A program made the position numbers and the translations under genes. A stretch of DNA of 64,000 nt, from the NCBI RefSeq assembly GCF_037042905.1, contig NC_087250.1, positions 15,316,001 through 15,380,000 on the forward strand. Reading direction: 5' to 3'. The stretch is from Lytechinus pictus. Lineage: Eukaryota. Below, piece after piece: positions 53,501-64,000 of the stretch. The notes beneath the pieces were generated by a model. That model saw only the letters and a program-made list of their open reading frames with translations, did no database searches and was not told the origin of the DNA. Numbering within the stretch: position 1 is the first letter of the stretch; each line of letters begins with the position of its first letter.

Positions 53501-56500
53501 GATGAATTTGGATGAGGGACGGAGCCAGGGTAGAGCTAACAAAAACCATGTGTTAAACAAATGGGATTTTGTGGAAGAAGCAGAAGAAGAAGAAGACGAC
53601 GGAATAGGAATACGGAACAAGAACAATGCATTGTCGCCATTGGGCGTCAATGCAAAGAAGAAGAAGAAGAAGAAGACGACGGAATAGGAATACGGAACAA
53701 GAACAATGCATTGTCGCCGTTGGGCGTCAATGCAAAGACGACGGAATAGGAATACGGAACAAGAACAATGCATTGTCGCCATTGGGCGTCAATGCAACTA
53801 GAACTGCAATCGTTTCATTACGATGTGCATGCATTGACGTGTCTGATTTAGAGGTCAAGTCCACCTCATAAAAATGTTGATTTGAATCAATAGGGAAAAA
53901 TCAGACAAGCACAATGCTGAAAATTTCATCAAAATCGGATGTAAAATAAGAAAGTTATGACATTTCAAAGTTTCGCTTATTTTTAACAAAAGAGTTATAT
54001 GAACGAGCCAGTTACATCCAAATGAGAGAGATGATGATGTCACTCACTCAAAATGGTGCATGCACTGTCATGCATGAATGATTTTAGAAAATGAAATAAG
54101 AGGTACACAATAATGCATCATGGACAACATGTCTACCAAATCGGAATGAATTTGGATGAGGAGCGGAGGCAGGGGAGGACTAACAAAAATTACATGTTAA
54201 TCAAAGTGGATTTTGGTACATTTTGCCCTCCATAGGAAGTTACATTCTCGAGTCAAACAGATTTCGTCCATTTTTTGACCATGGCCGCTCAACAAAGAGA
54301 GAGAAGGGAGAGAAAGACACAGAGAGAGTGATATGAATAAGCATACAAATATCCCTGACAGTTCATAAACGTAACTCAGTGTAAAGTACATAGCAGAACG
54401 ATGTGCATGCATAATACGTTATGCCATAGACATTATGTACAATTTTATTGTTGATAATATGTGCATTGTGAGCAGTATACCATGTGTTCAGATTGGCTTA
54501 TCTTGAAATTTTCTGTTGTAACCTATGTCGTATTTGGTATCACTGGATAGGGCATTCCAATGCAGTGACATTGATACCACTTTTATTTTTGCGCAAGCAA
54601 TAGACCGGAAGTAAATGCCAAATAAAGAAATACATTAAAAATGACAGTTTTGCACAATAATTTTGAGCTGACGTCAGCTCTATGTCAGTTTCTGTCACAA
54701 AAGGTTAACGAACGGTTGAAGTATATATCAATACTCATATCTGCCAAGTTAGAAAGGATAAACTTCAATAATAAGGAAATAAGAGCAAGTTCAAGTTGTG
54801 CTGGCATTATAGTGCATTTTTTCGTATTTTGCTGATTTTCAGGAGCATTTTTCTGATATTTTGTCAGTGGTAAGGTATATATTTTTCTAAATGGCATGAA
54901 AGGGCATATCTTGAACACCCTAAATCTAAAAAAGGGTACGGGTTTGGCCATGCATGGCGCAATGAGGAGCATTCAAAGGTAAGCGTTTTTGAAACTTTAG
55001 AGGGCGCTATTTAGATACCGAAAGAGCAATGATGCGTGAAAACTAACTCGTATGTATGATATGTTGCGAGTATCAATTCCTGAAAGTATGAGCTCAAAAC
55101 AAATAAAAACAAGAAAGTTATGGCCATTTTACGATTTTTTGACTTTTCATTTCAATAAAAATGAAGTTTTTGAAGGAAGGCTATTTCGGATTTGAATTAA
55201 GGGCATGAAGCTGGCATTTTGAAGGTCAGGTTATACGTCGCAAATGATGGGGCAACTCTTTGACTATCTATAGCAATTTGTTAGAAGTCTGTAGAATGCA
55301 GGATGTGGGAGTTAGGACGAGATTAGTAATGGTATGCAAATGGACTTGAAATTTACAAAATGGCGCCTAGATGGTCATGCATGAGTGATTTTGAAAAAAG
55401 GAAGACAAGGGACACAACTAGGGATGCTGGACAACATGTCTACCAAGTTTGGATGAATTTGGATGAGGGACGGAGCCAGGGCAGAGCTAACAAACACCAT
55501 GTGTTAAACAAATGGGATTTTGTGGAAGAAGAAGAAGAAGAAGAAGAAGAAGAAGAAGAAGACGACGGAATAGGAATACGGAACAAGAACAATGCATTGT
55601 CGCCAGTGGGCGTCAATGCAAAGAAGACGACGGAATAGGAATACGGAACAAGAACAATGCATTGTCGCCATTGGGCGTCAATGCAACTAGAACTGCAATC
55701 GTTTCATTACGATGTGCATGCATTGACGCGTCTGATTGAAAGGTCAAGTCCACCTCAGAAAAATGTTGATTTGAATCAATAGGGAAAAATCAGACAAGCA
55801 CAATGCTGAAAATTTCATCAAAATCGGATGTAAAATAAGAAAGTTATGACATTTCAAAGTTTCGCTTATTTTTAACAAAAGAGTTATATGAACGAGCCAG
55901 TTACTTCCAAATGAGAGAGATGATGATGTCACTCACTCAAAATGGTGCATGCACTGTCATGCATGAATGATTTTAGAAAATGAAATAAGAGGTACACAAT
56001 AATGCATCATGCACAACATGTCTACCAAATCGGAATGAATTTGGATGAGGAGCGGAGGCAGGGGAGGACTAACAAAAATTACATGTTAATCAAAGTGGAT
56101 TTTGGTACATTTTGCCCTCCATAGGAAGTTACATTCTCGAGTCAAACAGATTTCGTCCATTTTTAGACCATATGGCCGCTCAACGAAGAGAGAGAAAGGA
56201 GAGAAAGACACAGAGAGAGTGATATGAATAAGCGTACAAATTTCCCTGACAGTTCATTAACGTAACTCAGTGTAAAGTACGGACCAGAACGATGTGCATG
56301 CATAATACGTTATGCCATAGACATTGTGTACAATTCTGTTATTGATAATGTATGCATCGTGAGTAGTATACCATGTGTTCAGATTGGCTTATCTTGAAAT
56401 TTTCTGTTGTAACCTATGTCGTATTTGGTATCACTGGATAGAGCATTCCCATGCGGTGACATTGGTACCACTTTTATTTGTGCGCAAGCAATAGACCGGA

Positions 56501-59500
56501 AGTAAATGCCATATAAAGAAAGACATTAAAAATGACAGTTTTGCACAATAATTTTAAGCTGACGTCAGCTCTATGTCAGTTTCTGTCACAAAAGGTTGAC
56601 GAACGGTTGAAGTATATATCAATACTCATTTCTGCCAAGTTAGAAAGGATAAGCTTTAATAATAAGGAAATAAGAGCAAATTGAAGTTATGCTGGCATTA
56701 TAGTGCATTTTTGCGTATTTTGCTGATTTTCGGGAGCATTTTTCAGATATTTCGTCAGCTGTAAGGTATATATTTTTCTAAATGGCATGAAAGGGCATAT
56801 CTTGAACACCCTAAATCTAAAAAAGGGTACGGGTTTGGCCATGCATGACGCAATGAGGAGCATTCAAAGATAAGCGTTTTTGAAACTTTAGAGGGCGCTA
56901 TTTCAATACCGGAAGGTCAATGATGCGTGAAAACTAAATCGTATGTATGATATGGTGCAAGTATAAATTCTTGAAAATATGAGCTCGAAATGAATAAAAA
57001 CAAGAAAGTTATGGCCATTTTACGATTATTTGACTTTACGTTTCAATAAATATGAAGTTTTTGAAGGAAGGCTATTTCGGATTTGAATTTAGGGCATGAA
57101 GATGGCATTTTGAAGGTCGGGTTATACGTCGCAAATGATGGGGCAACTCTTTGACTATCTATAGCAATTTGTTAGAAGTCTGTAGAATGCAGGATGCGGG
57201 AGTTAGGACGAGATTAGTAATGGTATGCAAATGGACTTGAAATTTACAAAATGGCGCCTAGATGGTCATGCATGAGTGATTTTGATAAAAAGAAGACGAG
57301 GGGCACAACTAGGGATGCTGGACAACATGTCTACCAAGTTTGGATGAATTTGGATGAGGGACGGAGCCAGGGCAGAGCTAACAAACACCATGTGTTAAAC
57401 AAATGGGATTTTGTGGAAGAAGAAGAAGAAGAAGACTAGAACTGCAATCGTTTCAGAACGATGTGCATGCATTGACGCGTCTGATTGAAAGGTCAAATCC
57501 ACCTCTGAAAAATGTTGATTTGAATCAATAGGGAAAAATCAGACAAGCACAATGCTAAAAATTTCATCAAAATCGGATGTAAAATAAGAAAGTTATTACA
57601 TTTCAAAGTTTCGCTTATTTTTAACAAAATAGTTATATGAACGAGCCACTTACATCCAAATGAGAGAGATGATGATGTCACTCACTCAAAATGGTGCATG
57701 CACTGTCATGCATGAATGATTTAAGAAAATGAAATAAGAGGTACACAATAATGCATCATGGACAACATGTCTACCAAATCGGAATGAATTTGGATGAGGA
57801 GCGGAGGCAGGGGAGGACTAACAAAAATTACATGTTAATCAAAGTGCATTTTGGTACATTTTGCCCTCCATAGGAAGTTACATTCTCGAGCTAAACAGAT
57901 TTCGTCCATTTTTAGACCATATGGCCGCTCAACGAAGAGAGAGAAAGGAGAGAAAGACACAGAGAGAGTGATATGAATAAGCGTACAAATTTCCCTGACA
58001 GTTCATTAACGTAACTCAGTGTAAAGTACGTACCAGAACGATGTGCATGCATAATACGTTATGCCATAGACATTGTGTACAATTCTGTTATTGATAATGT
58101 ATGCATCGTGAGTAGTATACCAGTGTTCAGATTGGCTTATCTTGAAATTTTCTGTTGTAACCTATGTCGTATTTGGTATCACTGGAAAGAGCTTTCCCAT
58201 GCGGTGACATTGGTACCACTTTTATTTGTGCACAAGCAATAGACCGGAAGTAAATGCCATATAAAGAAAGACATTAAAAATGACAGTTTTGCACAATAAT
58301 TTTAAGCTGACGTCAGCTCTTTGTCAGTTTCTGTCACAAAAGGTTGACGAACGGTTGAAGTATATATCAATACTCATTTCTGCCAAGTTAGAAAGGATAA
58401 GCTTTAATAATAAGGAAATAAGAGCAAGTTGAAGTTATGCTGGCATTATAGTGCATTTTTGCGTATTTTGCTGATTTTCGGGAGCATTTTTCAGATATTT
58501 CGTCAGTGGTAAGGTATATATTTTTCTAAATGGCATGAAAGGGCATATCTTGAACACCCTAAATCTAAAAAAGGGTACGGGTTTGGCCATGCATGACGCA
58601 ATGAGGAGCATTCAAAGGTAAGCGTTTTTGAAACTTTAGAGGGCGCTATTTCAATACCGGAAGATCAATGATGCGTGAAAACTAACTCGTAAGTATGATA
58701 TGTTGCCTGTAATAATTCCTGAAAATATTAGTTCGAATTGAATAAAAACAAGAAAGTTATGGCCATTTTATGATTTTTTTACTTTACATTTCAATAAATA
58801 TGAAGTTTTTGAAGGAAGGCTATTTCGGATTTGAATTTAGGGCATGAAGATGGCATTTTGAAGGTCAGGTTATACGTCGCAAATGATGGAACAACTCTTT
58901 GACTATCTATAGGAATTTGTTAGAAGTTTGTAGCATGCAGGATGCGGGAGTTAGGACGAGATTAGTAATGGTATGCAAATGGACTTGAAATTTACAAAAT
59001 GGCGCCTTGATGGTCATGCATGAGTGATTTTGGAAAATGGAAGACGAGGTGCACAACTAGGGATGCTGGACAACATGTCTACAAAGTTTGGATGAATTTG
59101 GATGAGGGACGGAGCCAGGGTAGAGCTAACAAAAACCATGTGTTAAACAAATGGGATTTTGTGGAAGAAGCAGAAGAAGAAGAAGAAGACGACGGAATAG
59201 GAATACGGAACAAGAACAATGCATTGTCGCCATTGGGCGTCAATGCAAAGAAGAAGAAGAAGAAGAAGACGACGGAATAGGAATACGGAACAAGAACAAT
59301 GCATTGTCGCCGTTGGGCGTCAATGCAACTAGAACTGCAATCGTTTCCGAACGATGTGCATGCATTGACGCGTCTGATTGAAAGGTCAAGTCCACCTCAG
59401 AAAAATCTTGATTGGAATCAATAGGGAAAAAATCAGACAAGCACAATGCTGAAAATTTCATCAAAATCGGATGTAAAATAAGAAAGTTATGACATTTCAA

Positions 59501-62500
59501 AGTTTCGCTTATTTTTAACAAAAGAGTTATATGAACGAGCCAGTTACATCCAAATGAGAGAGATGATGATGTCACTCTCAAAATGGCGCATGCAATATCA
59601 TGCATGAATGATTTTACAAAATGAAATAAGAGGTACACAATAATGCATCATGGACAACATGTCTACCAAATCGGAATGAATTTGGATGAGGAGAGGAGGC
59701 AGGGAGGACTAACAAAAATTACATGTTAATCAAAGTGGATTTTGGTACATTGTACCCTCCAGAGGAAGTTACATTCTCGAGTCAAACAGATTTCGTCCAT
59801 TTTTAGACCATATGGCCGCTCAACAAAGAGAGAAAAGGGAGACAAAGACACAGAGAGAGTGTTATGAATAAGCATACAAATTTCCCTGACAGTCATTAAC
59901 GTAACTCAGTGTAAAGTACATAGCAGAACGATGTGCACGCATAATACGTTATGCCATTGACATTGTGTACAATTCTGTTGTTGATAATGTGTGCGTTGTG
60001 AGTAGTATACCATGTGTTCAGATTGGCTTATCTTGAAATTTTCTGTTGTAACCTATGTCGTATTTGGTATCACTGGAAAGAGCATTCCCATGCGGTGACA
60101 TTGATACCCCTTTTAATTGTGCGCAAGCAATAGATCGGAAGTAAATGCCATATAAAGAAAGACATTAAAAATGACAGTTTTGCACAATAATTTTAAACTG
60201 ACGTCAGATTTTTGTCACTTTCTGTCACAAAAGGTTAACGAACGGTTAAAGTATATATCAATACTCATATCTGCCAAGTTAGAAAGGATAAGCTTTAATA
60301 ATAAGGAAATAAGAGCTAGTTGAAGTTGTGCTGGCATTATAGTGCATTTTTGCGTATTTTGCTGATATTCGGGAGCATTTTTCAGATATTTCGTCAGTTG
60401 TAAGGTATATATTTTTCTAAATGGCATAAAAGGGCATATCTTGAACACCCTAAATCTAAAAAAGGGTACGGGTTTGGCCATGCATGACGCAATGAGGAGC
60501 ATTCAAAGGTAAGTGTTTTTGAAACTTTAGAGGGCGCTATTTCAATAACAGAAAATCAATGATGCGTATAAACTATACCGTGTGTATGATATGGTACCAG
60601 TTTCAATTCCTGAGAATATAGGCTCAAAATGAATAAAAACAAGAAAGTTATGGCTATTTTACGATTTTTTGACTTTACATTTCAATAAATATGACGTTTT
60701 TGAAGGAAGGCTATTTCGGATTTGAATTTAGAGCATGAAGATGGCATTTTGAAGGTCAGGTTATTTGTCGCAGATGATGAAGCAATTCTTTGACTATCTA
60801 TAGCAATTTGTTAGAAGTTTGTAGCATGCAGGATGCGGGAGTTAGGATGAGATTAGTAATGGTATGCAAATGGACTTGAAATTTACAAAATGGCGCCTTG
60901 ATGGTCATGCATGAATGATTTTGGAAAATGGAAGACGAGGTGCACAACTAGGGATGCTGGACAACATGTCTACAAAGTTTGGATGAATTTGGTTGTGGGA
61001 CTGAGCCAGGGTAGAGCTAACAAAAACCATGTGTTAAACAAATGGGATTTTGTGGAAGAAGAAGAAGAAGAAGACTAGAACTGCAATCGTTTCAGAACGA
61101 TGTGCATGCATTGACGCGTCTGATTGAAAGGTCAACTCCACCTCAGAAAAATGTTGATTTGAATCAATAGGGAAAAATCAGACAAGCACAATGCTGAAAA
61201 TTTCATCAAAATCGGATGTAAAATAAGAAAGTTATGACATTTCAAAGTTTCGCTTATTTTAAACAAAATAGTTATATGAACGAGCCAGTTACATCCAAAT
61301 GAGAGTGATGATGATGTCACTCACTCAAAATGGCGCATGCACTGTCATGTATGAATGATTTTAGAAAATGAAATAAGAGGTACACACTAATGCATCATCG
61401 ACAACATATCTGCCAAATGAATTTGGATGAGGAGCGGAGGCAGGGGAGGAATTAAAAAAAATTACATGTTAATAAAAGTGGATTTAGGACATTATGCCCT
61501 CCATAGGAAGTTGCATTCTCGAGTCAAACAGATTTCGTCCATTTTTTTACCATGGTCGCTCAACAAAGAGAGAGAAGGGAGAGAAAGACACAGAGAGAGT
61601 GATATGAATAAGCATACAAATATCCCTGACAGTTCATAAACGTAACTCAGTGTAAAGTACATAGCAGAACGATGTGCATGCATAATACGTTATGCCATAG
61701 ACATTGTGTACAATTTTATTGTTGATAATATGTGCATTGTGAGCAGTATACCATGTGTTCAGATTGGCTTATCTTGAAATTTTCTGTTGTAACCTATGTC
61801 GTATTTGGTATCGGTGGAAAGAGCATTCCAATGCGGTGACATTGATACCACTTTTATTTGTGCGCAGGCAATAGACCGGAAGTAAATGCCATATAAAGAA
61901 AGACATTAAAAATGACAGTTTTTCACAATAATTTTAAGCTGACGTGAGCTCTATGTCAGTTTCTGTCACAAAAGGTTGACGAACGGTTAAAGTATATATC
62001 AATACGCATATCTGCCAAGTAAGAAAGGATAAGCATCAATAATAAGGAAATAAGAGCAAGTTCAAGTTGTGCTGGCATTATAGTGCATTTTTGCGTATTT
62101 TGCTGATTTTCGGGAGCATTTTTCAGATATTTGGTCAGTAGTAAGGTATATATTTTTCTAAATGGCATGAAAGGGCATATCTTTAACACCCTAAATCTAA
62201 AAAAGGGTACGGGTTTGGCCATGCATGACGCAATGAGGAGCATTCAAACGTAAGCGTTTTTGAAACTTTAGAGGGCGCTATTTCAATACCGGAAGGTCAA
62301 TGATGCGTGAAAACTAACTCGTAAGTATGATATGTTGCCTGTAATAAGTCCTGAAAATATTAGATCGAATTGAATAAAAACAAGAAAGTTATGGCCATTT
62401 TAGGATTTTTTGACTTTACATTTCAATAAATATGAAATTTTTGAAGGAAGGCTATTTCGGATTTGAATTTAGGGCATGAAGATGGCATTTTGAAGGTCAG

Positions 62501-64000
62501 GTTATACGTCGCAAATGATGGAGCAACTCTTTGACTATCTATAGGAATTTGTTAGAAGTTTGTAGCATGCAGGATGCGGGAGTTAGGACGAGATAAGTAA
62601 TGGTATGCAAATGGACTTGAAATTTACAAAATGGCACCTTGATGGTCATGCATGAGTGATTTTGGAAAATGGAAGACGAGGTGCACAACTAGGGATGCTG
62701 GACAACATGTCTACAAAGTTTGGATTAATTTGGATGAGGGACGGAGCCAGGGTAGAGCTAACAAAAACCATGTGTTAAACAAATGGGATTTTGTGGAAGA
62801 AGCAGAAGAAGAAGACTAGAACTGCAATCGTTTCAGAACGATGTGCATGCATTGACGCGTCTGATTGAAAGGTCAACTCCACCTCAGAAAAATGTTGATT
62901 TGAATCAATAGGGAAAATTCAGACAAGCGCAATGCTGAAAATTTCATCAAAATCGGATTTAAAATAAGAAAGTTATGACATTTCAAAGTTTCGCTTATTT
63001 CTAACAAAATAGTTTTAATTATGAACGAGCCAGTTACATGCAAATGAGAGAGATGATGATGTCACTCACTCAAAATGGTGCATGCACTGTCATGCATGAA
63101 TGATTTTAGAAAATGAAATAAGAGGTACACAATAATGCATCATGGACAACATGTCTACCAAATCGGAATGATATGGATAAGCATACACATTTCCCTGACA
63201 GTTCATTAACGTAACTCAGTGTAAAGTACATAGCAGAACGATGTGCATGCATAATACGTTATGCCATAGACATTGTGTACAATTCTGTTGTTGATAATGT
63301 GTGCATTCTGAGTAGTATAACATGTGTTCAGATTGGCTTATCTTGAAATTTTCTGTTGTAACCTATGTCATATTTGGTATCACTGGAAAGAGCATTCAAA
63401 TGCGGTGACATTGATACCCCTTTTATTTGTGCTCAAGCAATAGACCGGAAGTAAATGCCATATAAAGAAAAACATTAAAAATGAAGGTTTTGCACAATAA
63501 TTTTAAGCTGACGTCAGATTTTTGTCAGTTTCTGTCACAAAAGGTTAACGAACGGTTGAAGTATATATCAATACTCATATCTGCCAAGTTAGAAAGGATA
63601 AACTTCAATAATAAGGAAATAAGAGCAAGTTCAAGTTGTGCTGGCATTATAGTGCATTTTTGCGTATTTTGCTGATTTTCGGGAGCATTTTTCAGATATT
63701 TCGTCAGAGGTAAGGTATATTTTTTTCTAAATGGCATGAAAGGGCATATCTTGAACACCCTAAATCTAAAAAAGGGTACGGGTTTGGCCATGCATGACGC
63801 AATGAGGAGCATTCAAAGATAAGCGTTTTTGAAACTTTAGAGGGCGCTATTTCAGTAACGGAAATTCAGTGATGCATGAAAACTGAGTCCTATGTATGAT
63901 ATTGTACCAGTATCAATTCCTGCAAATATGAGCTCAAAATGAATAAAAACAAGAAAGTTATGGCAATTTTACGATTTTTTTACTTTACATTTCAATAAAT

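Larger units (their letters stand above)
10655..64000 (-). mobile_element. Array of 30 copies (last partial) of a ~1.75-kb non-autonomous Helentron/Helitron2-type element (HINE-like macrosatellite)
   Basis: CTAGAACTGCAATCG starts at 10655, 12445, 14197, 16937, 18735, 20702, 22431, 24183, 25911, 27776, 29716, 31243, 33001, 34817, 36636, 38009, 39762, 41641, 43513, 45225, 46982, 48725, 50474, 51849, 53798, 55687, 57436, 59329, 61075 and 62816. The array itself is certain; the Helentron class is assigned from terminal structure only. Confidence 0.88.

Noticed and set aside
10712..61320. Recurrent 62-aa (MTSSSLSFG...) and poly-E/poly-R ORFs
   Set aside because: They are translations of the captured MITE end and of the (GAA)n microsatellite; several use non-ATG starts.
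11540..63812. Recurrent 95-aa minus-strand ORF (MLLIASCMAKP...) as a tandem gene family
   Set aside because: No recognisable domain. It is stopped, truncated or frameshifted in units 4, 10, 13, 21-24, 26 and 27, and amino-acid changes are scattered. Recurrence follows from DNA identity. dN/dS and RNA data would settle it.
10655..64000. rDNA, 5S, snRNA, tRNA or histone gene cluster
   Set aside because: I could not recognise any such gene in the unit on either strand; an Rfam scan was not run.
10655..64000. Pure assembly artefact
   Set aside because: Units carry distinct SNPs, indels and private insertions. Their order still needs long-read confirmation.

Overview
AT-rich, intron-containing animal DNA. 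The repeat families resemble those of a sea urchin, but that is inference from memory and was not checked. Bases 1-10.6 kb hold the last four coding exons of an OSBPL10/11-type oxysterol-binding protein gene (+ strand, stop at 3628-3630). Its coding tail is tandemly copied into the downstream region. This part also contains several MITE-like elements, an internally deleted TIR element with a SAP-like ORF, minisatellites and (CTA)n / purine-rich tracts. From 10655 to the window end (53 kb) there is an array of 30 head-to-tail units of about 1.75 kb (the last is partial). Read on the minus strand, each unit has the structure of a non-autonomous Helentron/Helitron2 (HINE, DINE-1-like) element: 5'-TT, subterminal inverted repeat plus hairpin, (TTC)n, body, 3' subterminal IR, hairpin, CTAG-3'. 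The main observation is at the junctions. Most units are cut inside their own microsatellite by the next copy, while surplus 5'-terminal modules are stacked elsewhere. This is what nested insertion of the element into its own TT-rich microsatellite would leave, followed by duplication and recombination. The array also carries a second, unrelated 990-bp HINE and a 30-bp mini-transposon with an 8-bp target-site duplication. The short ORFs in the array are judged non-coding.
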